This document shows positions 29,472 to 38,538 of a stretch of 64,000 nucleotides of DNA, one piece after another. A program made the translations under genes and the position numbers. Each line of letters begins with the position of its first letter. Within the stretch, counting starts at the first letter, position 1. The notes under the pieces are model-generated. The model did no database searches, was not told the DNA's origin, and worked only from the letters and a program-made list of their open reading frames with translations. Origin of the DNA: Gemmatimonadaceae bacterium (GTDB lineage Bacteria; Gemmatimonadota; Gemmatimonadetes; Gemmatimonadales; Gemmatimonadaceae); the NCBI GenBank assembly GCA_045803545.1, contig JBJMOW010000004.1, forward strand, positions 192,001 through 256,000, in the 5' to 3' direction.

Positions 29472-29825
29472 TCAGGCCATCCTTTCTACGATCGGACGCA
29501 CTTCGATCGCACCCGAGCGTGCCGACGGTATGCGCGAGGCGACGCTGATGGCATCGTTCAGATCCCTGGCGTCGATCAGGTAGTAGCCGCCGAGCTGCTC
29601 CTTGGTCTCGACAAAGGGCCCATCGGTCGTCGAAACCTTGCCGTTGCGAATCCGAACAGTCGTCGCCGTGTGCGAGGGTTGAAGCTGATTCGAGCCGACG
29701 TGCTGCCCGCTTTGTTTAATGCTGCTGGTGAACTGGGTGTACTCGCCCATGTACTTGTCCTGCACGTCCTTGGGGAATTTCTGCCACGCTTGCTCGTCGT
29801 CATAGATCAGGCACAGATACTTCAT
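29472..29825 (-). CDS. YciI-like DGPF-domain protein
   Basis: TDGPFVETKEQLGGYY, IEVRP; GGAGG SD. Confidence 0.93.
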   Translation of the reverse strand: MKYLCLIYDDEQAWQKFPKDVQDKYMGEYTQFTSSIKQSGQHVGSNQLQPSHTATTVRIRNGKVSTTDGPFVETKEQLGGYYLIDARDLNDAISVASRIPSARSGAIEVRPIVERMA

Positions 29826-29859
29826 TTTTCCTCCGACTCTGAAAGGGTTGTGCTAATTG

Positions 29860-29886
29860 GTCGGATAGTGTCAGTCGAAATCGACA
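29860..29886 (-). promoter_or_regulatory. ECF42-type promoter
   Basis: Minus strand TGTCGA-N17-CGAC upstream of the DGPF-ECF42 operon; fits the ECF42 consensus as I recall it (TGTCGA / CG(A/T)C). Confidence 0.7.
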
Positions 29887-29893
29887 TCGACTT

Positions 29894-31681
29894 TCAGGAG
29901 GTTATCCCCCTCAGGATGCCGGCGCGGATCCGGATAGCCCTTGGCGCTGCATTCGGAACGGGCGAGACGACCGTAATTACCCGCGGAAAAAGTCGGATTG
30001 GCAGCTGCAGCGTCTGCGTTTGGGCACCGCGTTTTACGACCAGCGGCAACGTCGTCGCAGTAGTGCCATTATAGCGGTGCCGGAACACGTCGAACGAGCT
30101 GTCGTTAGTGATGGTGACTTCGCCGATCGACACCAGCCTGTCGCCGACAGTGAGCCCAGCAACCGCGCCTGCGCTGTTGGCGGCAATCCCGGTAATCGTT
30201 ATGCCGAGGCTATCAGTTGCTGTGGCAACGCCGAGTCGCGGCTCGCGTAGCGAATCGCTCTTAACTCGCAGGCCAACGAGTGCGAGGATCGAGTCGGTCG
30301 GTAGTGGCTCGCGTCCGTCGACGTATCGATGCGCGAAGTCGGCGAAGCTCTTTCCATTGGCTGCTTTGCTGACTTCACCCCACCAGTCGCTCGGCGTAAA
30401 GCCCCGGCCCCGTTTGTAGGCCTGGCCGTAGAGCGTCCGCATGACCTGATCGAGCGAATGTCGATTGTCACTCGCATCGCGAATCAGAACGTCGAGAACG
30501 AATCCGACAAAGCCGCCCTTCGGATAGTAAAGCCCGCCGCTGCCGTCGGTGGCGCCGATCCACGCATCGAAGGATGCGTCACTCAACGCAGTCGGAGGCG
30601 CCGATGCAATCGACGAAATCTCACCGGCAATGAAATCGAAGAACGCCGTACTATCGTGTACGCCGCCACGCGTCAGGCCCAGCTCACCGTAGTAGTCTGT
30701 AACGCCTTCGCTCACCCAAAGCCATGTCGTCTGCTGGGCGTCGTCGTAGCGGTAAGGTACGAGGTCAGCTGGTCTGAGTCGCTTGACGTTCCACGCGTGG
30801 AAGAACTCATGGGAATAGAGACCGGGTAGATAGCCCGCGTCGAGCTGAGTGACATGGACTTCGTCCACCTGCGACGCCTGGTGCTCGAGGCCACCGCCAT
30901 TCACCAATGTGTCCGACCGCTGGAAGATCGTGTAGTTACGGAAAGGTGCTTCGCCGAATACCGCGATGTGCTTCGGCACGAATTTCTGCAGCCAGCCGAA
31001 AGTACGATCGCGTCGTGCCGGAGTGAGCGAAGAGGCCGGATAGAACGCAAGACGGACCCACTTGCCCTCGATCTGGGTACTATCGATTGCAAAGCGACCG
31101 ACATAGAAGGGCATGTCGGTGAGATCGTGGTAATTGAGCGCACTGAAAGTGTTTGCACCCGCCGGGTCCATTCCGGTTGCGATGCGCCAGCTCGGTTCTG
31201 TACGCACGGTCACGCGAGCGGGCCAATCGAATCCGCGACCGGTCGGATAAAGAAAAACGTTGGTGCCGTTGAAGAAAGCGAAATTGGGTGCCGTCCACGC
31301 GACAGCGCGATCGACAGCGTTGGCGAGATACTGGAAGCTCACACGCACCTGACCCGCACGGCGCGGCTTTATCTCCCATGTCTGAAAGTCGAGCTTGCGC
31401 CACTCCAGCGACGCGCCGTTCTGCTGCGGCGCAAAATTCGAGACACGCCGCGCAAACCAGAGCAGCACGTAATGTCCAGGCGACCAGGCTGGCAACGCGA
31501 GAACGACTGGCGCCGTTCCGCTGACATCGAATGTCATCGAGACGCCCAGCTGATGGCGACCGACTGAAACGGAATCCGCGATGATCTCGTAGGCGACGTT
31601 GCTGATTGGCGCCGACTGATCGAGTTGTTGTGCGGCGGCGTTTGTGCCGAAGGTCAATGCAACTGCAAGAGCGCGAAGCAT
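29894..31681 (-). CDS. M61 family glycyl aminopeptidase with PDZ domain
   Basis: LPAWSPGHY, GGGLEH, SHEFFHAWNVKRLRP, WVSEGVTDYY, YYPKG; signal peptide. Confidence 0.92.
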   Translation of the reverse strand: MLRALAVALTFGTNAAAQQLDQSAPISNVAYEIIADSVSVGRHQLGVSMTFDVSGTAPVVLALPAWSPGHYVLLWFARRVSNFAPQQNGASLEWRKLDFQTWEIKPRRAGQVRVSFQYLANAVDRAVAWTAPNFAFFNGTNVFLYPTGRGFDWPARVTVRTEPSWRIATGMDPAGANTFSALNYHDLTDMPFYVGRFAIDSTQIEGKWVRLAFYPASSLTPARRDRTFGWLQKFVPKHIAVFGEAPFRNYTIFQRSDTLVNGGGLEHQASQVDEVHVTQLDAGYLPGLYSHEFFHAWNVKRLRPADLVPYRYDDAQQTTWLWVSEGVTDYYGELGLTRGGVHDSTAFFDFIAGEISSIASAPPTALSDASFDAWIGATDGSGGLYYPKGGFVGFVLDVLIRDASDNRHSLDQVMRTLYGQAYKRGRGFTPSDWWGEVSKAANGKSFADFAHRYVDGREPLPTDSILALVGLRVKSDSLREPRLGVATATDSLGITITGIAANSAGAVAGLTVGDRLVSIGEVTITNDSSFDVFRHRYNGTTATTLPLVVKRGAQTQTLQLPIRLFPRVITVVSPVPNAAPRAIRIRAGILRGITS

Positions 31682-31774
31682 CAGGTTCTCCGTAGGTTCC
31701 GACTCTTAGACAGAACTTCGAGGCGGTGGGGTTGTACCAATAGGTTAGCTTCTGTCTCAACCACCCGGAACATC

Positions 31775-32746
31775 ATGGAATTCAGAACACACATTGCGGC
31801 AATTGTTGCCGTTTCTTGTTTATGTGCCACTGTCTCGCGCGCGCAGGCTGCGAAAATCACTGCGCAGCCCACGCATCCCCAGCCCGGCGCGATAGTGCGC
31901 CTGACCGTCAGCGATGCAACGCGCGGAGACTCGATCGTTTCAATTCGCGGTGCGCTGGCCGAAGAACCACTCCACTTCCGACGGACTAGCGCCAACGCGT
32001 GGCACGCTATCGGTGGCATTCCGGTCGACAAGGAAGGTGTGCTGTTCGCGAACGCCGTCGTACAGCGCGCGTCCGGCAAAACAGAGATAACGCGCGTGCG
32101 CTTCGATCTGCCGAAGATTCCACCGCCGGCTTCGCAGCCTCTCGAGGTCGACAGCTCTTTCACCCGGCCGCTCGATGCGGCCACCCAGGCGCGAGTCGAT
32201 CGCGAGAACGCGCGAGCGAGGGAAGTCGGCCGAGCATCACATGAGCGAGCGCCAATGTGGACCGCATCCTTCGTCAGGCCGCGGAATTCGGTCATCACGA
32301 GCGAGTTTGGCTCGGGTCGGCTGTTCAATGGTCAGCTCACTGCGCGTCACCTGGGCGTGGATTTCCGCGGGGCGATGGGGGAACCGGTGAAGGCAGCCAA
32401 TCGTGGCGTTGTCGCGCTGATCGACAACTTCTTTCTCGCCGGCAATGTCGTCTACATCGATCACGGTGGTGGAGTCGTGACGTCGTATTTCCACTTGAGC
32501 AAAACGCTGGTACACGTCGGCGACGTGGTGAAGCGCGGACAGGTGATCGGCCTGGTTGGCAATACCGGGCGCGTAACTGGTCCGCATCTCCACTGGGCTG
32601 CTCGCTACGGCGCGAACACAGTCAATCCGCTCGATCTGATTGGCATCGGCTCCTGGTATAGCGCGATTATCCCGCGAACATCAGCGACTACCCCGCGAAC
32701 ATCCGCGACTATCCCGCGAACACCAGCTTCACCCCCGCGACGATAA
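31775..32746 (+). CDS. M23 family metallopeptidase, secreted
   Basis: HLGVD, IDHGGG, TGPHLHW; start trimmed to ATG 31775. Confidence 0.9.
   Translation: MEFRTHIAAIVAVSCLCATVSRAQAAKITAQPTHPQPGAIVRLTVSDATRGDSIVSIRGALAEEPLHFRRTSANAWHAIGGIPVDKEGVLFANAVVQRASGKTEITRVRFDLPKIPPPASQPLEVDSSFTRPLDAATQARVDRENARAREVGRASHERAPMWTASFVRPRNSVITSEFGSGRLFNGQLTARHLGVDFRGAMGEPVKAANRGVVALIDNFFLAGNVVYIDHGGGVVTSYFHLSKTLVHVGDVVKRGQVIGLVGNTGRVTGPHLHWAARYGANTVNPLDLIGIGSWYSAIIPRTSATTPRTSATIPRTPASPPRR
32663..32727. repeat. Three 21-bp tandem repeats at a convergent gene junction
   Basis: GCGATTATCCCGCGAACATCA / GCGACTACCCCGCGAACATCC / GCGACTATCCCGCGAACACCA. Confidence 0.9.
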
Positions 32747-33452
32747 GAACGAGGGAAAGGAGCTGCCGCAGCAAAGGCGCCGGCGCGCGCTTGCTGCCGT
32801 AAGTCGCGCCGATCCAGCCGCCGATCAACACTGCTGCTCCCCACACCGGAATATTCGGGGAGAGCTGTGCGACACTCGATAAGTGGCCGAGCAGTCCGGC
32901 GATCGAGTTCACGAGAATGAATGGCGCCGCGACGGCGGACGTAGCGCGCGTCTCTGACCATCCCATGTACAGCAGCAACGGGCTGAGGAAAATGCCGCCG
33001 CCAATGCCGGTGACGCCGGATAGAAATCCAATCACCAATCCGGAGATTATCGCAGCCCAGACTGGTGGCGCATGTGGTTCCATTGTTGACTTTCGGAGCG
33101 AAGAACGGAACAGCCAGATCGCAGCATAGAGCAGGACAACGCCGACGAGAATCTTGTACGCGCGCGCTGGTAGCATTGTCGCTCCTCCGACGAATGCCGC
33201 CGGGACAGATGCCACCGCAAAGGGCCAGAACAACTTCCACTTGAACAGCCCGCCGCGATAAAACTTTATCGTTGCCACCGCCGCCACGAGGATGTTGAGC
33301 GCCAGCGCAGTAGGCTTCATCGTATCAGGGGAAAGGCTGAACAGGCCCATTACTGCGAGATAGCTGGACGCGCCGCCGTGGCCTACCGACGAGTACAGCG
33401 CGGCCCCGATCAAAAACAACGAAGCGATTGCGATCGTTTCTGAAACAGGCAT
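32709..33452 (-). CDS. TauE/SafE (TSUP) family transporter
   Basis: YSSVGHGGAS and SGVTGIGGGIFLSP repeats; about 8 TM segments. Confidence 0.9.
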   Translation of the reverse strand: MPVSETIAIASLFLIGAALYSSVGHGGASSYLAVMGLFSLSPDTMKPTALALNILVAAVATIKFYRGGLFKWKLFWPFAVASVPAAFVGGATMLPARAYKILVGVVLLYAAIWLFRSSLRKSTMEPHAPPVWAAIISGLVIGFLSGVTGIGGGIFLSPLLLYMGWSETRATSAVAAPFILVNSIAGLLGHLSSVAQLSPNIPVWGAAVLIGGWIGATYGSKRAPAPLLRQLLSLVLIVAGVKLVFAG

Positions 33453-33523
33453 CTCTTTCGAACGTATATTGTTGATCCCAACCTCGCCCTACCTCCAGTC
33501 CGCCGGCAGGACAGCGAAGCTAC

Positions 33524-34489
33524 ATGACCGAGTACGCAATCGACATAGTCAACGTCACCAAGCGTTACGCCGACCACACTGCGGTGAACGACCTGACCCT
33601 GCGCGTTCCCAAAGGAAGCGTATACGGACTTCTCGGCCCTAACGGCGCCGGTAAGACCACCACCATCCGGATGATCCTCAACATCATCGCTCCGGATTCC
33701 GGCAACATCTTCATCTTCGGCCACCCATCAAGCGACACAGCCATTACCGAGCGCCTCGGCTATCTGCCGGAGGAGCGCGGACTTTACAGGAAGATGCAGG
33801 TGCGGCGCGTCCTGAAGTTTCTCGCCGAATTGAAAGGAGTGAAGGGTAGCGAGGCCGATCGTCGCGTTGACGAGTGGCTCGAGCGGCTCTCGCTAAAGAC
33901 ACCGGAGAAAGACTGGGGATTGGCCAAGATCGACGAGCTCTCGCGCGGCATGCAGCAGAAGGTGCAATTCATTGGCACTCTGCTCCACGATCCGGATCTG
34001 GTAATCCTCGACGAGCCATTCAGCGGGCTGGATCCGATTAACGCCCAGGCGCTCAAGGACACCGTCGTCGAGCTGAAGCGTCGGGGAAAGACGGTGATCT
34101 TCAGCACCCACCTGATGGACAACGCGGAACGGCTTTGCGACTCAGTCTGCATCATTGCGCGCGGCGAGAAAGTTCTCGACGGCAGCGTGACCGAGGTGAA
34201 AGAGGAGCACGGCCAGCGCAACGTCGCTCTTGCTCTCGATGGCAATGGAGTGGCTGATGTCGCTCAAATCCTGCGCGATCACTCGTTGGTCCGTCGCGCC
34301 GATGACTCCAACAGGTTCTTCGAGATCGAGCTCGCGCCGGGCGCAGACCCGCAGGCTCTGCTCAGACGCATCGTCGAATCGGGCGCGGCGGTACAGCGGT
34401 TCGAAATGATCCAGCCCTCGCTGCATCAGATCTTCCTGCAGAAGGTCGGTGCCACCGGTATTGAAGAGGGAATGAGCGGACATGGCTAA
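33524..34489 (+). CDS. ABC-2 transporter ATP-binding protein (NatA-like)
   Basis: GPNGAGKTT, GYLPEERGLY, LSRGMQQ, LDEPFSGLDP. Confidence 0.93.
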   Translation: MTEYAIDIVNVTKRYADHTAVNDLTLRVPKGSVYGLLGPNGAGKTTTIRMILNIIAPDSGNIFIFGHPSSDTAITERLGYLPEERGLYRKMQVRRVLKFLAELKGVKGSEADRRVDEWLERLSLKTPEKDWGLAKIDELSRGMQQKVQFIGTLLHDPDLVILDEPFSGLDPINAQALKDTVVELKRRGKTVIFSTHLMDNAERLCDSVCIIARGEKVLDGSVTEVKEEHGQRNVALALDGNGVADVAQILRDHSLVRRADDSNRFFEIELAPGADPQALLRRIVESGAAVQRFEMIQPSLHQIFLQKVGATGIEEGMSGHG

Positions 34490-35771
34490 GCTCTGGGCAG
34501 TTATCAAGCGCGAATACCTCGAGCGTGTGCGGTCGAAGTGGTTTCTGATCGCGACGTTCTTTGGCCCGATTTTCTTCAGCGCGATCATCATCGTGCCGGC
34601 CTGGCTGGCTTCGCGCAGCAAAGCGACCACCGACATTTACAACTCGATCATTCTCGACGCGACCGGTGAGAATTTCGGTCGTCGGCTCGCGATCAACATC
34701 GCCGGCGGCGATAGCACCAACACCGGTCAACTGCCGGTCGTGCGCACGGTGCCGCCCGCGGAGCTGACACAGGCCGAGAGCCTGGCGACGCGCGAGGTGA
34801 TGAAGAAGGAAAAGACTGGTTACGTAGTCGTCAATCAACAAACCTTGGCGGGCGAGTCCGCACGCTACGCGGGCACCAACGCGACTTCGATCGCCGACAT
34901 GGCGCGCATCAAGGAAGCGATTCGACAGACAATTCTTGCATCGCGGCTCGAGAAGGTCGGGCTCGACAATCAGAAGATGAAGGAGATCACCTTCATCCCC
35001 CTCGACTTCAGCACCGAGCGGATCACCGAGCGCGGTCGCGCTGGATCGGGCATGGCTAGCGTGCTGTTTGGCTTTGCGATCGGATTCCTGCTGTACATGT
35101 CGATCGTGATCTACGGCCAGACAATCATGAGTGGCGTGCTCGAGGAGAAGACGACGCGCGTCGCCGAGGTGGTGATGTCGAGCGTTCCGACTGACACGCT
35201 GCTGGCGGGGAAAGTCTTCGGCGTTGGCGCAGTCGGATTGACCCAGCAGATTATCTGGATCGGCACGACCTACATCTTACTCAAGGCCCGCGCACCGATC
35301 ATGGCAAAGCTTGGGGCACCGACAGTGTCATTCTCCCTGCCCGATATTTCGCTCGCCGCAGGAATTCTCTTTCTTCTGTTCTTCCTGCTCGGTTTCGTCT
35401 TTTACTCCTCGCTGTATGCGGCTGTTGGCTCTTCGGTGAATAGCGAGAGCGAAGCTCGGCAGGCAGCGAGTCCGTTGATGATCATGATCGTGAGTACTGG
35501 GGTATTTATACAGCCGGTGCTGTTGAATCCCACCGGCACGACCGCGAAGGTGTTGTCGCTCATCCCGATTTCGTCACCGATCATCATGCCGATCCGGATG
35601 GCGGTGACCGGCGTTCCGACGCTCGAACTAGCGGGGAGTCTGCTTTTCCTCGGGATCGGTTGTCTGGCCGCGCTGTGGCTCGCGTCCCGGATCTATCGTG
35701 TCGGGCTGCTGATGTACGGCAAGCGGCCGACGATGAGGGAAATGGCGCGTTGGGTTTCCTATGCCAGATAG
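34482..35771 (+). CDS. ABC-2 transporter permease (NatB-like)
   Basis: KREYLERVRSK, EEKTTRVAE, LLAGK; 1+5 TM layout. Confidence 0.92.
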   Translation: MAKLWAVIKREYLERVRSKWFLIATFFGPIFFSAIIIVPAWLASRSKATTDIYNSIILDATGENFGRRLAINIAGGDSTNTGQLPVVRTVPPAELTQAESLATREVMKKEKTGYVVVNQQTLAGESARYAGTNATSIADMARIKEAIRQTILASRLEKVGLDNQKMKEITFIPLDFSTERITERGRAGSGMASVLFGFAIGFLLYMSIVIYGQTIMSGVLEEKTTRVAEVVMSSVPTDTLLAGKVFGVGAVGLTQQIIWIGTTYILLKARAPIMAKLGAPTVSFSLPDISLAAGILFLLFFLLGFVFYSSLYAAVGSSVNSESEARQAASPLMIMIVSTGVFIQPVLLNPTGTTAKVLSLIPISSPIIMPIRMAVTGVPTLELAGSLLFLGIGCLAALWLASRIYRVGLLMYGKRPTMREMARWVSYAR

Positions 35772-35917
35772 GATTGATGGCTGAGGACTAAATGCATCGA
35801 TCATCGAGGATTGAGTGAGGATTGCAGACAACCGAGAAGTTAAAGTGCATTCCTCGGTGGTTCTCGATCAGCAATTAGTCAGCAATCATTGATGCCATTG
35901 GTCCTCGGGCCTCAGTC
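35772..35917. repeat. Imperfect long inverted repeat in intergenic region
   Basis: 35772-35806 pairs with 35883-35917 with several G-U pairs; inner ACCGAG/CTCGGT. Confidence 0.55.
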
Positions 35918-35991
35918 GTGAAGAGACATTCCTGATTGATCGCTCGGCTATTATTCTTTGAAACCACCCCCACGAAGCAGGAGAGGTTTAG

Positions 35992-36423
35992 ATGTACGAT
36001 GAGAGGTTTGTAAGCCCAATGCGACAGGAGCTGACCCAGCTCGGTGTCGAAGAATTACGCACACCAGAAGAAGTAGACTCGAGACTCAAGGATGCCCCCG
36101 GCACGACGCTCGTCGTCGTGAATTCCATCTGCGGCTGCGCCGCGCGTAATGCGCGACCCGCGGTGGCGAAGGCGATCCAGCATGACAACCGGCCGGATAA
36201 GCTCACCACCGTTTTCGCCGGACAGGACGTCTCCGCGACACAGCGCGCGAGAAGCTACTTCACCGGTTATGCGCCGAGCTCGCCCCAGATCGCGCTGATG
36301 AAGGATGGTCAGGTCGTTTATATGCTCGAGCGGCACCAGATCGAGGGCCGCACTTCCGACGACATCGCGAAGGATCTCACGCGGGCATTCGACAGGTACT
36401 GCGAGACGACCAGCGCAGCCTGA
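35992..36423 (+). CDS. BrxA/BrxB family bacilliredoxin
   Basis: PMRQEL, VNSICGCAA..ARP, TVFAGQD, PSSP, ERHQIEGR. Confidence 0.93.
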   Translation: MYDERFVSPMRQELTQLGVEELRTPEEVDSRLKDAPGTTLVVVNSICGCAARNARPAVAKAIQHDNRPDKLTTVFAGQDVSATQRARSYFTGYAPSSPQIALMKDGQVVYMLERHQIEGRTSDDIAKDLTRAFDRYCETTSAA

Positions 36424-36428
36424 TTTCC

Positions 36429-36461
36429 AATTGAGGCGTTCGGACCGAACGCCTCAATTTT
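36429..36461. terminator. Intrinsic terminator between convergent genes
   Basis: AATTGAGGCGTTCG-GAC-CGAACGCCTCAATT-TT. Confidence 0.75.
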
Positions 36462-37071
36462 ACAGCTCGTCCCGCTTGCGGCGTTCGATGAAGGGCTGAC
36501 CGTCGGGCAGTGTCGTTGGCTCGACCTCGCGGCCTGTGTCCTTGAGCACTCGGCCACGCACGAATTGGACGGTGGCGCCGAGCAGTATCGCCCATACGCA
36601 GACTGCGACAATTCGCCAGAACAGGACGCCCACCGCCATCGGCTGCCAGTCCATGAACTCGGCGCGCGCGGTTCCCCATGGCTCACGGTGAAGAGAGATC
36701 AGCACCAGGCTGACCGCCATCTCGCCCACGGTCTCGAATATCGCGAACAACGGAGCACGCCACGGCCACTCTCGAACCGGGAATCTTCCCAGGTGCAGCG
36801 TCGCCATGCCGACCAGGAAGATCGTGCCCAGCACCAGCGAGGCGGCGAGATATGAGCTGTTGATGTTGCCCCGAGTGAGGACTACCGCGCGGAAAAGTCG
36901 AATCACGACGCCGGTCATTACTGCCAGCTCGACCGGTGACCGCGCGATCCTCTGGAACGCAGCCGGCTCCTCGAGGTCCCACTCGCTCGTTTTGAAGAGC
37001 CGCCGCCTTTTCTCGACGGGGGATGGCTTCGTCACGCGATCAAAATTAGTTCGCGGATGCGTAGCGTCCAT
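36460..37071 (-). CDS. Hypothetical membrane protein
   Basis: About 4 TM segments; same strand as and downstream of lepB. Confidence 0.7.
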   Translation of the reverse strand: MDATHPRTNFDRVTKPSPVEKRRRLFKTSEWDLEEPAAFQRIARSPVELAVMTGVVIRLFRAVVLTRGNINSSYLAASLVLGTIFLVGMATLHLGRFPVREWPWRAPLFAIFETVGEMAVSLVLISLHREPWGTARAEFMDWQPMAVGVLFWRIVAVCVWAILLGATVQFVRGRVLKDTGREVEPTTLPDGQPFIERRKRDEL

Positions 37072-37191
37072 AGAATTTTGCCTGCCACATCAGAGAGAGA
37101 AATACACTCGCGTCGTCCTTCGTATCGACCCAACTCGAACGCTGGGGACGCCTCCACTCTGTTTTCGACGCTAGAACGTCGGGTGTGGTAA

Positions 37192-37977
37192 CTATTTGAT
37201 CCAGTGGCCGATGCGGCCCCAGCGGATGTCCGTGAGCATCGGCAGAGGTCGATCGCTGTCGTCGGCGTTGTACGAGTAGTACACGAACAGTGGCTTGCCG
37301 CGGACATTTTCACGCGGCACGAATCCCCAGTAGCGACTGTCCTTCGAGTTGTACCGACTGTCGCCCATCATGAAAAGCCGGTGCGCGGGGACTACCAGCG
37401 GACCCCAGTTGTCGTGATTGGGCTGCGAAGGCGCCGCGCCGAAGCGCGACGACCGGAGGCCGACTTTTTTCTGCCAATCGAAGAGCGGGTCGACGGAATT
37501 CGCGATCTCCGGACTAACCTGTGTCGCGGCGCCGTAACCCTGCCGCTGGGCAATCCCGTTCACGTACAGGATGGCATTGCGCATGTAGAGCGTGTCGCCG
37601 GCAGTACCTACGAGCCGCTTCACCAGCGTCGGCGTCGGATCTGCTCCCTTCTCCGCTTCATCGGCCTGATACGGCGAAACGAAAACAACGACGTCCCCGC
37701 GACGCGGCTCGCGAATCGCCGGGAGACTCGAGTTCGTGAACGGGATGTGCGCGCCGAAGATTGCCTTGTTGACGAATAGCCAGTCTCCGACGAGCAGCGT
37801 CGGAATCATGCTTCCCGAGGGAATGCGATAGGCTTCGATGAGAAACGCCCGCAGGATGAGGAAAATCGCCAGTGCCCCGACGATCGACTTGAAGTTTTCC
37901 CACAGGCGAGCGAGCGCTGAACTTTGCGAAACGGGGCGCGCCTTTTGGGCGCGCCCCGCGTTAGACGGAGTTGCCAA
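37192..37977 (-). CDS. lepB: Signal peptidase I
   Basis: IPSGSMIPTL (Ser), LVKRLVG (Lys), MGDSRYNSKDSRYWG. Confidence 0.95.
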   Translation of the reverse strand: MATPSNAGRAQKARPVSQSSALARLWENFKSIVGALAIFLILRAFLIEAYRIPSGSMIPTLLVGDWLFVNKAIFGAHIPFTNSSLPAIREPRRGDVVVFVSPYQADEAEKGADPTPTLVKRLVGTAGDTLYMRNAILYVNGIAQRQGYGAATQVSPEIANSVDPLFDWQKKVGLRSSRFGAAPSQPNHDNWGPLVVPAHRLFMMGDSRYNSKDSRYWGFVPRENVRGKPLFVYYSYNADDSDRPLPMLTDIRWGRIGHWIK

Positions 37978-37986
37978 AGAGCTTAT

Positions 37987-38367
37987 TTAACGAAGGTGTT
38001 TGTTGACGAGTCTGGTCATCTCGAACATCGAGACCTGGCTGCGTCCGAAGATAGGACGGAGGTTCTCGTCAGCGTTGATCATGCGGCGATTCTTCGAATC
38101 CTGCAGACCCTTACGCTTGATGTACTGCCACAGTTTCTTGGTGACTTCCGTGCGCGGCATCGCTCCACTGCCTACCACCGCAGCCAGATCACTGCTCGGC
38201 TGCATCGGCTTCATGAATGCCGGGTTTGGTGCGCGCTTTTTACCCGATGATTTCCGGCGCGTCTTGCGACCACTGCTCTTTCTCGCCGAGCTCTTTTTGC
38301 GACTTGATGACTTCCGCGAAGACTTCCGTGCCGATGACTTCCTGCCGCTCTTTCTTCTTGTTGCCAT
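37987..38367 (-). CDS. SWIB/MDM2-domain protein with K/R/S-rich N-terminal tail
   Basis: AFMKPMQPS..LAAVVG...MPRTEVTKKLWQYIK...LQD..NRRMINAD..L..IF...VSMFEM; AGGAG SD. Confidence 0.92.
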   Translation of the reverse strand: MATRRKSGRKSSARKSSRKSSSRKKSSARKSSGRKTRRKSSGKKRAPNPAFMKPMQPSSDLAAVVGSGAMPRTEVTKKLWQYIKRKGLQDSKNRRMINADENLRPIFGRSQVSMFEMTRLVNKHLR

Positions 38368-38538
38368 CTTGTCTCCTGGTTTGGTGATCCCAATGCACTC
38401 TGCTACAGAGTGAAACGCGGCCTGTCAGCGACGCAAACTATAGTCCTGCAGGGCGAAAGCAATAGGGAATGAGCAGAGTTTCCCTATGGGAAAAGCGATT
38501 CTTCATAGGGAAAAATCAAGAACGAACCGCCGAACGGC

